Assembly: GCF_025526975.1 (NCBI RefSeq)
Contig: NW_026515687.1
Span: 372,001 to 436,000 of the forward strand
From: Fimicolochytrium jonesii
Taxonomy: Eukaryota
Direction: 5' to 3'
Length of the DNA stretch: 64,000 nt
Below the pieces are notes generated by a model that was not told the origin of the DNA, made no database searches, and saw only the letters and a list, made by a program, of their open reading frames with translations. Each line of letters begins with the position of its first letter. Position 1 is the stretch's first letter. The translations under genes and the position numbers were made by a program. Below, one piece after another: positions 1 to 13,482 of the stretch.

Positions 1-3000
1 CGTAGCGGATCAAGCGACCGCCGCGGATGGAGGCGCCTTTGCCGCCGTTGCGGCCGTTTTCGAGGCCGCCGGGGGTGCGCGTTGCGTCGAGCTTTTCGGC
101 CCATGCTTTGCCCTGTGGGGATGACGGGTGTGGTTAGCTCATATTTTGGGACATCGACATGCAAAATCGGAAGACCGAAGATAAGACAACATACCTTCCC
201 ACTCTTAAACCACTCCGTCTCCCTAACAGCCGTCTCCAACCTCGGCTCTACAAACGACCACGACCCAGAGTTGAAGCTCTCCTCCTGACACCACACCACC
301 TCCTCCAAATTCTCATAATTGTCCACGACAGCCTTCACCTCCCAGAACGGGAACGGCGTGATCTGCTCCAACCTCACAATCGCCACATCGCGCAGCTGGT
401 TCAGCTCACGCGCGCGGTACAGAAGGTAGTACACCTGCCCGCTGCAGAAGATGACGGACTTGATCTCGCGGGGCGGGGCGAGCTGGAACTCGGTCGAGCG
501 AAGGGCAAGCGGGATGCGGGGTTCGATGTTGTTGGCGGCGCGGGGTTCGGTGATGTCGAGTTCCTTGAAGGGGTTCTCGTGAAGGACTTCGGGGATGACG
601 CGCTGGAAGTATGTGCCTTCGGTCATTTCGTGGATGGAAGATTTGGCGAGGGGGTGGCGGAGGAGAGATTTGGATTCGAGGACTACCAGCTATGGAGAGA
701 CGTTAAGTTAGCTCAACACTCGAAAGCCAAAAGAATGGAAGAAAGCCATAGTCCGTGCACGGGCACATACCGGCTTACGGAACTCCCTGTGAACCTGTCT
801 CCTCAGCGCATGGAAGTAGTTGGCCGGTACAGTCGGGTACACAACTTGGATATTACAGTCCTGATGTTGCCTGGCGTAGCTGTCCCGTCCAGTGCCTTCC
901 AACGTAGGCATAGTGTACGGATCCTCATCAACCATCTGCAAGAACCGCTCCACCCTAGCCGACGAGTGTTCGGGTCCCTGACCATCGTAACCGTGGGGCA
1001 GGAGGAGGGTCAGACCCGTGCGCTGCAGCCATTTCTGCTCGCCAGAGACAATGAACTGATCGATGATACATTGGGCGTTGTTGGCGAAGTCTCCGAACTG
1101 GGCTTCCCAGATAACGAGCTGGTGCGGGCTGACCATGGAGTAACCCAGCTCGAACCCGAGGCATCCGAACTCGGAGAGGGAGGAGTTGCAGACAGTGAAG
1201 TTGCTTTGCGAGGGGACGACGTCGCCTGCAACCAGGTGGTTCAAGGGGACGTAGGTCTTTTCGGTTTGCTGGTCGTTCAAGAGGGCGTGACGTTGCGAGA
1301 AGGTTCCACGCTCCACATCCTGCCCACTGAGGCGGACGTGCTGGTTTTCAGCCAGCAGTGTGCCGAACGCCATGGACTCGGCGGTCGCCCAGTCGATACC
1401 TTCACCCTCAGTGACGGACTTTTGACGCTGCTTGAGAATTTTGCCCAAGTTGGGGTGCACCGTGAAATCGGACGGGTAGCTGGCGCCCGTGTTTCCGATG
1501 TAGCGGAGAAGGTCGAGATCCACACCGGTCGGCTTTGGTGGGACCGTCTCCTTGGCTAGCTCGGCGGGAGCTTTGAAACCTACATCACCCACGTTGGTGA
1601 GACCCAGGAAAATAACAAAGGACTTGGAGTTCAGCAGCCACACTCTTACCTGACCAGGAACTTGATTGCCATTCCTTTGAGCTGCCCTGGTAGTTCTCAC
1701 TGGCCTTGTAGTTGTCCTGCAGGATTCCCCAGACACGCTTCTTCATGGCGTCGACTTCCTCCTGCGTGACCGACCCTTCGGCCAAGAGTTGCGCAATATA
1801 CTTGTCGAGGACGGGGGTCATGCCGGCGATTTTCTGTAAATGATCACAGCAGGGTCAGCACTTTACCAAAGACCACGGGAATCATGGTGAGCACACGGGC
1901 ATACCTTGTACATCAAGGGTTGAGTAAAGCTAGGCTGGTCGATTTCATTGTGTCCATACTTTCGGTAACACACAATGTCGATAACAACGTCCTTCTTATA
2001 CTTGTGCCTCCACTCCGCCGCAAGCTCCATAGAGAAAACCACAGCCTCAACATCGTCTCCATTGACGTGTAAGATGGGAGCATTGACCGTCTTAGCAACA
2101 TCAGAGCAGTAAGGCGTGGAACGCGCGAACCTGGGGTCAGTGGTGAATCCAACTTGGTTGTTGACGACGACGTGGACCGTGCCGCCGGTGGCGTATGCGG
2201 GAAGGTCAGCCATTCCGATGGTTTCATAGACAACACCCTGACCGGCGAAAGCGGCGTCTCCGTGCATTAGGACAGCCATAGCTTTGCTGTGTTCCTTTAC
2301 GTCGTTCTGGTAGTATTGCAGAGCGCGGACTTTGCCTTCCACGACGGGGTTGACGGCTTCCAGGTGGGACGGGTTCGCAGCGAGAGAGAGGTGGACCGTC
2401 TTGCCAGATGGGGTGGGACGCATGTAGTTCTGAGGGACGAGATGATCGGTAAATACCGTGAAAATAAGAAGGCACTCTGCATTTCCGATTTCCTTACCAT
2501 GCCCAAGTGGTACTTGACGTCCCCGGATCCCTCAACCGTGTCCTCCGCACTGTGCGAGAACTCGGCAAAGATAGATGCGTTCTCCTTCCGGACAACATTG
2601 GACAAAACGTTCAGACGTCCACGATGGGGCATACCCATGACAACGGAGCTGACGCCGTGCTCCACAGATCGGTCAATCAAGCTTTTCATTCCAGGAATCA
2701 AACTCTCACACCCTTCCAGACCGAAACGCTTCTCCGTGGGGTATTTTTGAGCAACGAAACGCTCGAAATGGTCAGACCACATTAACCGGTCCAGGATCAT
2801 CATCTTCTGCTCCTTGGTGTAGTTGTACTTGACTGGCACTTCGAATCTTTGCCTGAGCCAGTCGCACTTTTCACGGTCGGGTATGTGACCATATTCGATA
2901 CCGATGGGTCCGCCTATCAGCAGATGGATGATTAGCATACTACCCATCGATGAGAAAGTGACGTTCATGACATCCTTTCTCAGTACTCACAGTACGTCTT

Positions 3001-3645
3001 CTGCAGTCGGTCGATAATCTCGCGCAAAGTCAGGTTCTCTTTCCCTTCCTGAGCCAGGAAACCAGGCAGGATTCCGGAACCGAGATAGAATTTACGGTCC
3101 AAATCAGCGTCCGTAAATCCGTAGTGGGTATGGCTCAATTCTGGGGCTTTCGCCTCGTCGGCAACTTTGATCTCCAAGGGGTCGATCTTTGCGAGATGGT
3201 GACCACGGATTTGATAGGCGCGCACGAGCAGCTGCACTTTCATGTGGTCCATAATCTCGCCAGCGGGAATTTTGTCGCCAGCGGTGAATGAGGAGTCGCT
3301 TTGGTAGCCCTCGATCTCGGCGGATGGAATGATGGTGGGAGGCGGCGAGAAAGCGGGTGTCTTTCCCCCCGCGGCGAGATTCCGGAAATATACTTGCCAC
3401 GACAAGTGGACAGATTTTGGGTCCTTTTGCCAAGCTTCGTACATTTCTTCAACGTACGTCCCAGACGGGCCGTTCAGGAATGTCTCATGAGACAACGGAG
3501 AAGCCTGTCGTGTGGCGATGGCGGCAGAGAACTGCCTGGCGGCGAAAGGTTTTGGTAGGACGGCAGTTTGGCATTTCTGCACGGCGTGCGACGCCCTGCG
3601 CGATGCGGCGCTCACGGCCCGTAATGTTGACCGTGAATGGAACAT
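1..3645 (-). CDS. KGD1: 2-oxoglutarate dehydrogenase E1 component, mitochondrial; multi-exon, 3' end runs off the window
   Basis: Mitochondrial presequence; motifs [69 protein letters not shown]; further exons ([13 protein letters not shown]) at 690-195 joined by GT-AG introns. Confidence 0.97.
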
Positions 3646-5705
3646 ATTGCCGATAGGGTTGTAACCAGTAAGGTAACGTTAAGGTAGGTTGTCTGTAAGA
3701 GTGATTGACAGAATCAGTCGGGTCTGGTACGAACTGTGAAGCTCAAGATTTGGGACTCGATATAGACGACGTCATTCCTCCATCCTTCCATCTGAGGATC
3801 TCCAACTATTTCCTTCATCTGTGACGAGCCGCTGCTCCAAGCTCCTCACCCTCTGCCTCCGTGCCCCCGAATGGTCCAGTTTGGCGGTCGGCGGCCCTCG
3901 TCCAGTAGGACACCCATATCACCCATCGCGTTCCCACGCCTCGCAACACTTACCTTCAATATGTGGGTGGCAGCATATGTACAATTGCTGCAGCGGAATG
4001 AGTGTTGTAGTACACACAGAAACCTGCGAGTTAGCTCAAAGGCAAGTGCTTGTACACGAAAAGAGCAGTGCGTATGAGGCTAGATGTGTGTTTGTACAGT
4101 CGCCGCTGCTGTAAAGGCTTCGTTCAACTTGGAAAGTGAAAATTCCCAGCCAGCGCAAGGCTTCTTGCGCGCATGGCCCATTGTCGAAGGAGCTCGCTGG
4201 CTTAGCAACATCACCCAGAGCGTCATTTGATTTCCATTGTGCACGGGTTAGGGTTAGCCCACGCCTCAGCGCGCAGATTCATGCAAAAAAAATGCGTCCC
4301 ACTCCATGTGCGTTGCCGCTCTGGTCCCGAGGAGGAATAGTGGACAGTCTCATGACACATCGTCGGAACTTGCGTTGTCAAGGCATTCGACAGTCGCTTG
4401 TCAAAGTATGTTCATGTACTTACAGTAGCACCATGCAATGTGGGGACAGTGAAGAGCTCAAGGAGGATTTTGCGTCCGATTGAGATGCTTGGAGGCCAAT
4501 CTTCCTGAAGGGCGTCCCCGGCCAGATGCAGTCTTGGCTTCCTGTCCCAGCGCCAGATGACAAATGCCAAGGAAGTGGATGACATTCGCTCAGGCCTCCG
4601 GACGATGACACTCCGACACAGGAATGCACTTGATTCTACGCTGAGAATTGCTGATTTCCACGCTGACCGCCAAAGTCCCAGCAGATCGTCCAAAACACCA
4701 CAAAGCTCCACATTGAAGTCCAAACTTCTAGGCTTCATCACGAGTCATCTTCCGAAACCCTTCGGCGACCTTTTTGATGTCCATCAAGACCTCCCCACCG
4801 TCCTCACATAGCCGTTTGTCCGGGTAATCATGACTGCCCATGGTGGGACGTCGGTTTGGAATGCCCTGCCTCCTGTTTCAGTCCATTCGAAGACATCAGA
4901 GACGGTTACGAGCCCTGCCTGCGTGTAACTTTGCGTCCGCTGCCGATTCCCTATCAAGCGGCCTGAGATTCAGTGATCAATCAGAACAAGGAAGCAGGGA
5001 ACGGCTTGTGACGTTCATGCGGACGTACCATTCGGCCCGACATCCCTTCGCACTAGCGACCTTAACTGCATCGCGAACGAGTTACCCTGGAGGCCTTCGT
5101 ACATCATATCCACATGCGTAACGGCTTCTCCATTGTGTACTGCCGCCCCCGGCGTCGCGAAGGCAGCACATGGGGCGGGCACGCAGAGCTGCGACAACAC
5201 GTCAGTTTAGATGGACACGGCCCGAATGGGACAGTACCTTACCTTGATAGACTTTAGTTTCATGTGTACATGCCGATGCGCTTCGAGATACAGCAGGAGT
5301 TGGAGGTGCTCATCAAGCGCGGACTCGCTGCAGACGAAGGTCTCGAAGAGTAGACTTTTTGGGCCCTGGAGTGGATAGCGTTAGCTATCCTAAAGGATGA
5401 CGCCAATCGTACGTACTATCCAGTTGATCAAAGCTTTCGGGTTATAGAACTCGTCATAATAGTCATGTGGAACAGGAAGAGAAACCGTCTCCAGGTCTCC
5501 AGAGTTATTCGTGCGTTGTCCATGCCAAATCCCGACAGGGAGCAAGCGCGTCAGTTTTGGAGGTTTTGTCGGACTCGGATGGCTCCATGGCACGACGGAC
5601 ATTTCAGCCTCAACCCACATTCCTTCAGAAAGCTGGAACACACCTGCGATCTCTCCTAGCACCAACGGCTGTGCCTCAAAGTCCTCAAGCCCCCCCATCA
5701 CATAA

Positions 5706-6629
5706 ATGAACGCGTCCATCCACTCCCAAGATGACGACCTAGATCACCTCATCGCCTCGCTTTCCCACGACGGCGACTCCCACCGCTCCGGCAAACACCC
5801 ACTCGCAGCAGAAAACAACGTAAGGTGAACGCCTGGACCGTTGGTCGTATTAGCCCTCGGCGTAATACTCACCATGCGCTCGACATCACAGATGGCGTTG
5901 CTGTTTTCACGCGTCGTAGGACGAGGACAGTACGATGGTTCTGAAAAGGCCGATTTCCCACACAGACGTACAACGTAGACGACCTATTAGACGAGCTCGA
6001 CAAGCCAGACACATCTGCTCCGCGGCCTCGACACGGCGAAGCGAGGGGTTCATCCGAGTCTCTGGGGCCGAAGACCAAGTGAGCTGTTTGTCTTCTCCAG
6101 CGCCGTGAGGAGATACACAGCTGATGCGATGGAATTTCTGGTCAGATGCACAACGCTGTATATCGGCGGCACATCAACACAACGCGGACAAACGGTTGGA
6201 TCCGTTCCGCGGTCGTGTAATCGCGTAAGATGTGTCAAGTGCGATTTTAGGTGTTTGGCATTTCCAGGTGTGTTGCGCCTTGCGCGGGAGGAGCGGAACG
6301 TAGGGTTGGGCGGGATATGCATTGAGGCTGTTATGTGCGTAGATGCGACATGGACCCCCGACACGGACTACCTCTTCCTCCGGAACAACATGCCGGATGT
6401 GGAGAGGATGCAGGAGAAGTTGAGCGAGGCTGATGGTAGGCCCCATCGATTCCGTGCCGAAAAACAGTACCGGAAGCGATGTTCTCGTCGCTCATCACTC
6501 CACTTTGTGGTTTGCTACCCCCACGCAGGCTCCGTAGCGTTCTGCTGCCAGTGCTCATGGCACACGACCGCGACGCTGACCGACGTGCGGCAATTGCCAA
6601 AGTTGAAATGGGTGTGCGGCGGGCACTGA
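5706..6629 (+). CDS. CFAP418: Cilia/flagella-associated protein 418 (C8orf37-like), multi-exon
   Basis: N-terminal DDDLDHLI; C-terminal LYIGG..CNRVRCVKCDF..DYLFLRNNMPD..AFCCQCSW..KWVCGGH* typical of C8orf37. Confidence 0.88.
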
Positions 6630-7051
6630 CTGGGCGCTGAAAATGCACATAGAAGACGGATTACGCACCAAAAGTAAGATATAATATTCGCGCACAAAAC
6701 GAGGATTAGATGTAGGCGGGCAATCATCGGATTAGCATATACAAGGAAATGATTGCCGTCCCCACAAAAGTTGGCTTAAACTTCCAGGGAAGCAAGAACA
6801 GAGGTTGGGTCTTCTCCCAAAAGAGGGTGCAGATACATTACATACGACTGGCGAGACGCGGGGATTGGAAGCGGAGGGAAGGGATCCTCTTGGATTGTGG
6901 AAGCCAGCTCTTTGACCGCCTTTCATGGGTCAAGCGTGCATCCTTCACGTGCACACAGTCAGGGGAAACATTCATCTCCAAATCGCTGAATTCCGTCGTC
7001 GTTCCCTGTCCGGCTTTGCATGCTGTTCCAAACAACCAAAACATACCCCAA

Positions 7052-9674
7052 TCAGCTTCCAGTGTCACCCGCACACACCTCCCCTCCCCTCAACCAACTC
7101 ACCGAACGAATCTCATAAAGATGCGTCTTGGACGTATCCCGCATCATCGTCCTCTGGCTGTCAAGCACGGCGCGCGGGTACCATTTCGCCATAAACAGCT
7201 TGTGCGACGCCTCGGCGATGCACAGGGATTCGCGGAGGGAGGCGGGGAGGGCGAATTCGGAGCGGTCTGATGTCGTGCCTAAACCGACACATTCCATCAG
7301 TTAATAACACACGGATTCCGGAAGAATGTATGCAGGGAAAGGAATATCTTACCCAGCCCGTTGTCATGAACCGAAGCCACATCATCCGCCAAATCCCCAA
7401 ACACATCCGCCTCCTCCTCATTCCCCAGCCACCGCATCGTCACGGGGTCAAACACCATCCCGCCGACCGTCTGCGGCATCTTGTACCCGCCGACGTTTGT
7501 GATCAGCGCAGGGCGCGTGGGTGTCGCGGCCGTGCGGTCGAAGTCGAGAAGGGCGGATTCGTTGCCCTCCCATTTTTGGAGGAGGGGATTGTAGACCATG
7601 TTGCCGACCACTGGGGGTGGGGGTGGGGTTAAGGGTGCGATGGGGAGCGAGGGAGGGGAGGAAAGGGGGGTACCTTTGACTGTATCGGAGTTGTTCAGGT
7701 TTCGGATCAGCATTGGTTTCTTCTTCGGTCGCTATAGGATAATGAAACAAAGGAAGTCTTAGCTGGGGCTGCTGTGGGTGGTCTGGACTCGACAAGGCGC
7801 ACGCGAGGACGAGATATGAGGACAGGGTGTACCTTCCTATGTGCGGGCGGCGGCGGCGGCCCGCGACGGTCATAGAAGGTCTTTGCTGGCCGATGATTCA
7901 CGGGCGGTATGGACGTATACGGTCGCCGGTTTTCCCTTTCATCTACAATCATCCGGGCTATTCAGTCTGCGGAAGCCCACGTTCAAGGTCAGGATCTGCA
8001 GGCCGGGAGGGTTCTCTTACCAGTAGAAACCAAACTAGCAGCCGACCCAGCCTTCGACAACGTCCTCTTCTGCGAGCCTCGTCCCCCAACATTCTCATTC
8101 TGCCTTTCTCCCTTCGCGGGCGTCGCAACAAGCCCCCCAGCCTTCCTCACACCCTTCCCCTCCTCCCCCCTCACAACCAGATCCTCAATCCCATCCAACT
8201 CACTCCCATCCCCAAACATCGGACTATTCTTCGGTTTCCTCAGTAACCGCGACGGCGCGGTGTTGGCGTCGCTGCCCATCCGGCGGGTGGTTATGTAGTG
8301 GGAGGTGAGGCGTTGAATGTGGCCTACGGAGGGGGAGATGGCGGTTGGTGTGGGTGGGTGGGAGAGGCGGGTGGAGATGGAGAGGCGGGGCGGGCGGGTG
8401 GGGAGCGGGGAGGGGATTATGCGGGGGATTTTGGACGGGAGGGTGCGGGCGAGGCTGGATGTTGATGTGGTGGATTTGGTGGGGGAGGGGGTCTGGGATT
8501 GGGGGCGGGGGTCGGAGTGATGACGTGGTGGTTGCGGGGCTGGGTGGTGGTGATGATGTTGATGGTGGGCATGGTTGGAGACGGTTTGCGGTGTCGTTGC
8601 AACAGGTGTGGAAGGGATCTGTAGCCCGGCCCTCCCCAGCCTTGCCGGGTCCAGGGTGTCTTCCTCAGGAATCAACAACCCCTCCAACGGATCCTCATCA
8701 TCCTTATCCGGCTCAACAATCTCCTCTCTCATACTATGATGATAAGTGCCCAACCGCAGCGCCTCAACCGTCTCTGGAAACTCCAGGTCATCAAACCCAT
8801 CCTCCTCGCTCTCGGACGCAATCATGCTTGCCGTGGAGCTCGGGGTCGGGCTGTGCAGCATTCGCAACGATGGCAGGTCTTTGTGCACGCTCAGGCTATC
8901 GCTCCAGCCGTCGCAGATGCTGTCGAGGTGGCCGGTCATGTCGGCTTCGGGCGCTTTGTGGATCGTGCGGTCCGCGAGGCGGAGGGTCGTGATGTCGGTG
9001 GGGAGGTCGAAGTCGTCATCCATGTCGATGTCCATTGCTTCCAGTTTGTCCGTGTGGGATGCTGATGGTGTGGGTTCGGCAGCTTCTGCGCTTGGAGTGA
9101 TCGTGGTAGGATTTGGACATGCTACGGTGGTCTCCTCCATCCATGCATGTATTGGACCATCACGCTGGATGACCTCTTTTGACTTTGGCGTTAAGCGTTG
9201 GATAGTCCCGACGATCTGAGCCGGCTCTGCTGGGTGTGGTTGGGCGAGCGCATGCATGGTCATATCTCTGCTATCGACGCTATCTTCTCCAAAATCCGGC
9301 AGCTCATCAGGGTACTCCTCCTTCCCGGAATCATCTGGCCGCGTAAAAAAGTGCCCGGACGGCTCAGGAAAACTCCCCTCTGACCGCGCAAGCTTGGCCT
9401 GTGTCTCAGGCACGCTATCCGTCTGGGCACCCACCGCCCACGCCGACGCGTATTCCCCACCAAAGACCATATCCTCGTCACCTTCCCCATCCAAAAAGTC
9501 ACCCAGCGCAGAGGGGGAGCCACCGCCGGACGGTGGGTCCCCTTGTGACTCGGTGTAGAAGGAATGGTCCAGGCCTTCCGCTGGCACTTCGATATCATCC
9601 CAGCATTCTTCTTCGAAGAGGGTTGCTTTGGCGGGGACGTCGCTTCGGGTGGGCGTTATTCCGGCTGCCATCAT
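7052..9674 (-). CDS. byr4: Byr4/Bfa1-like scaffold of the SIN/MEN two-component GAP, multi-exon
   Basis: MFGDGSELDGIEDL, GNMVYNPLLQKWEGNE, PALITN, GMVFDPVTMRWL motifs after a long acidic disordered N-terminus. Confidence 0.85.
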
Positions 9675-9744
9675 GGAAGCTGCGTTTTTTCTATTCTGAT
9701 AGGTTCTGTTATATGCAGTTTCGTCGCTTGGGTGGGTTCGAAGT

Positions 9745-9756
9745 TTTTCGCGAAAA
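9745..9756. promoter_or_regulatory. Palindrome TTTTCGCGAAAA (SCB/E2F-like site) upstream of byr4
   Basis: Perfect 12-bp palindrome containing CGCGAAA on both strands, ~70 bp 5' of the byr4 ATG in a divergent intergenic region. Confidence 0.4.
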
Positions 9757-10283
9757 GGGTCGTGCGTGAGTGCTGTCGGGCTCGAAACTGAGCTTCACGA
9801 CGGGGGATGACGTTCCAGACGAGCGAGTCCCGTCCGTGTGAGTGCTTACAAGTAACAGCCGACACTCTTGTCCTCTCCCTGCGCCTGTTGCCATATGGGT
9901 GGTGATGCCGGTTTGCGGGGTGGTTGTTTCTCGTCCTGTGCGAGGGGCGGAAAGCAACACGCAATGTCATCGCAGGAGAACGACGCGTTGCTCCCCCTCG
10001 CCCTTCTGCGTCGGTTCCAAGCCATCTCGCACGGGAACGCTCGCCACCCAGCGCCCTGGCCTCTCTCACCTTCCGCGAACGGGCGGCCGCTCCTTCCTGC
10101 CTCCTATTGGCACGGGTTCTCCAGTGTCTGCTAGCCATCACCCCGGTGGGATAAGTGTGCTTGCATCAAAGAAACGCGTAGAACGGTGAGCCTCGTTGTC
10201 CGTCTTCCGGCAAAGATGCCCCATCACTGACCACCCACCCCAAACGGTGGCTCTCACACTATACCAGTCCTCTCTTATCCATC

Positions 10284-11911
10284 ATGCCTCCATCCCCACT
10301 CAAAAAGGACCATCTTCTGAACTCCGTCAACAGAGGAGTCATAAAAACGCCAGGGTCGCCGCCACGCGCGACAGAGGACGGGGAACAGCTGGATAAGTTG
10401 GTATGTCAGCCTGTTCATTTGCATGCCAGTGAATGGGAGACGGGGTTGCTGATGAGATGTTTCGAATATTCAGTTCAGAGAAGGCATCGAAACCTTATCT
10501 CGATGCTATGAGCGGAAAAGCAACGAGCATTCGCAGTTGGAGGAAGTTGTATCGTCGCAGAGGAATCAGGTCGGTATACTTATACTCGAACGCGATGTGC
10601 CAATGAAGCACCGGCAAGCGAGCTGATGAATCCATGATGCAGATATTATCGCTAGAAGCGACCATCGGCGACCTAACCCGCGAAGTCACGCAGCTGAAAT
10701 CAGAAAAGAAAGCGCTAGGCCAGTCGCATAACGCGTTAATTGGGAGATATGCGGCGCTGAGGAAGAGTGTTTCGCAGTTGGAGTCGTTCCGGCAGGTACT
10801 GAATGCTCTGGATTCCGCATGATTTTATGATACAATTGCAATGCTCAGCTCGCCTCTTCCGACACAGTCCATTGCTATTATGGTCGAGAGTGCCCCAAGG
10901 GCAGACGAAGGGCCGGATTTACTGGAGGATAGAGTGAGCGATGACCGGCGGTTATCTGAGGCTATAAGTACGTGCACTCGCCTACCGCATTATCCTCGGC
11001 GGACAAAGCTTTACTGATACTCTTTAAGTACCTCAGATGGACTAGATGATACGGGATCGGTGTGTGGGCTAGATGACACTTTACGGGCGAACGACTTGGT
11101 ACGATCCATTAATTTCTCGGCTTCATTTCGTAGTAATTTTGGTCACGGTCCATTTCTCACCGTCATCTCCACAGTCGCTGTTTGAGCAATCGTCCATATT
11201 CAAACCAGCGGACGTCAGCGGGAACCACGAGTCCTCTGCCGCGAGTCTGGCAAAGGTACGCATCGAACATCCCGCTTCACGTGAAAGCGCAACGTCTACC
11301 CTCTCCTCACAAACATCACATCTCCTCAAAAGTTAACATCGGAAGAAAACCCCACATTCACCCCACAAAGGAGCTTTTCCAAATCAATCACCACAAAACC
11401 CCAAACCCCATCCTTCACCAACCCCAGCTCTCGCCGCGTCTCGGGGCCAGACCCCTCAGCGCGGGATGTCAAAAACGCACCCTCCTACCGAGCGCACCCA
11501 CCCCCAGACCAGCTCACCAAACTCACCAACACAACCCCTCGAACAACAACAACCCTCCTCCCCAACGGCTCTCCCCAACCGCGCCTTCAGAATCCAAACG
11601 CAACCACAAACACAATCGACGCCCCCCACCTCTACCGCTCCATCCGCAACAGCCTAACCCCCCCGGATTTTGAAAAATTTGCCTTCAACGTCGCGCAATT
11701 CAACGCCGGCAAACAGACGCCGGAGGTGACGGTTCGGAATATAACGGGCATTGTGAAGGATGAGGGGTTGGTGGAGCAGATGACGAGGTTGATTTGGACG
11801 GCGTTGGATGAGAGTGGGGTTGCGGGGGGGAGGGCGACTGGTGGGACGGGGGGGAGTGAGGCGGAGTTGAGGGCGGGAAAAGGGTTGGGGAGGGTGGTTG
11901 TGAGTTCGTAG
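10284..11911 (+). CDS. Coiled-coil protein with At4g15545 (NAIP)-like C-terminal domain, multi-exon
   Basis: Coiled coil ending ALRKSVSQLESFRQ|SIAIMVES; last exon IDAPHLYRSIRNSLTPPDFEKFAFNVAQFNAGKQTPEVTVRNITGIVKDEGLVEQMTRLI; GT-AG junctions keep the frame. Confidence 0.7.
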
Positions 11912-12368
11912 GGGGTGGGATGCAAAACCTTAATGTAAGCAAGGACTTTGGAAGCTTTTTCTTTTGGAATTTTGATATCGAATATGAGACGATTCAGATG
12001 AATAGACATGATGTTTCCAAAAAATAGTTCTTGTTTCCAGAAATGAGTCTAAGAACACATTTGATCTATATGCAAAAACTCTATATGCATCTCGCCTATT
12101 AGGGCAGAAACGGAAGACAACCGGATCCATGATCGCGTGCGTATGTCGGCCTGTCAGAGATCCTCTCTGAACGTGGCTTCCGAGATAACTCGAAATTGAA
12201 TCCCGCTTTGGGGGATGCTCAATGTCTCCCCTCCGATAATGTCGCTAGATGTGCGTCGGACCTCCTCAGAATGATTCAGAGCGAGATGGCAACTTCCAGC
12301 AGCAGCAGCAGCCCATCGCAGCCCACAGCATCCACCACAAAATCCCTCCGCTCCTACATCCCCATCCC

Positions 12369-12995
12369 TCAAACCTGCTTAACCTCCTCGGGATCCTCCC
12401 TCGGCACCGCCTCCACATCCGTTCCCCTCCACCTCTTCCACCCCGCCCACTTCCTCTCCAACCACGGATTCAGCCTCCCCGCCGTGCGTCTCACAATCAC
12501 CAAACACACAAAAAACCTCAACGGACTCAACACCTTATTACACAGCACCGCCAGCGCAAACGTCCCACCGGTCTCTGCCACCGTTTCCGCGTAATGGCCT
12601 AGATTGTAATTCTTGACGAACCCGGTGACGTCCGGTTGCGCGGCGCGGAGGAAGAGGTAGATGAGGAGGAGGTTGGACCAGGAGAGAATCTGGGAGACGA
12701 GGAGCCAGGCGAGGCCGTATTGTTTGGCGATGGATTTGACGTGGTGGAAGAAGCGGCCGGGGGCGCGGAGGATTGTCGGGAGCATTGGGATGGGGGCGGC
12801 GGGGTATGAGGTCGTGGGGAGGTTTATGCGGTGCCGAGGATTCGGGTATCGGAGTTGTTGGTGGCGCTGGTGGTGCTGGTGGTGCTGGTGCTGGGTGGGT
12901 GGTGATTGTGAGGCTGGCGGCGGGCCGCTCTCGGTGGGGGACGATGCTGGGCCTGTGAGGAAGGCCGAGTGCGAGGAGTGCCTGTTGAGGAGCAT
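12369..12995 (-). CDS. DUF1279/FAM210-family membrane protein; 5' end uncertain
   Basis: KSIAKQYGLAWLLV...GGTFALAVLCNKVLSPLRF matches the DUF1279 pattern. Confidence 0.75.
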   Translation of the reverse strand: MLLNRHSSHSAFLTGPASSPTESGPPPASQSPPTQHQHHQHHQRHQQLRYPNPRHRINLPTTSYPAAPIPMLPTILRAPGRFFHHVKSIAKQYGLAWLLVSQILSWSNLLLIYLFLRAAQPDVTGFVKNYNLGHYAETVAETGGTFALAVLCNKVLSPLRFFVCLVIVRRTAGRLNPWLERKWAGWKRWRGTDVEAVPREDPEEVKQV

Positions 12996-13482
12996 ATGGC
13001 GACGTTGCCCGCACGAGGCAGCGCCTGAGAAGACGAAGAGCAAGGTTCTCCGTTGCAGCAGCCTGATGAGACTGTGTTTGCAGGTGGGCTGCTAGGGCAA
13101 TGCTGGGGCAATGGGATCCAGAATGAGATCCAGAATGGGATTGCCGGCTGAAGCTGAGACTGTTGGAGTTCAAAGGCCTCCTTCCCGGTCCAGGAAGTCG
13201 TCCGCCGCATCCCCGTGGCCTTCTTTGCCCTCTTTGCCTCCTCCAAGTTCACGATCCTCGAACGCTTCCCTTCGCCATCCGACAGTCCCAGCATGCACTT
13301 GGCACACTCCTTCCTGCCAGGGAGCTCAGATTCCCGCCGTCGCTCCCGTTTCTACTACCCCTTCTTCGGCCGCAACCTCTCCTCCCGCCGCCTCCTTATC
13401 GTAAACTGACTGCTGCTCTTCGACTAACACATACCCCATATCCGACCCCGCCGAGATCTTCGCCGCCTGGTTCGCAACATAT

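Noticed and set aside
159..1559. 466-aa plus-strand ORF
   Set aside because: Antisense shadow of codon-biased KGD1 exons
3800..5700. Short ORFs and a minus-strand splice-like signal near 5190-5240
   Set aside because: Could not build a coherent gene or identify a family
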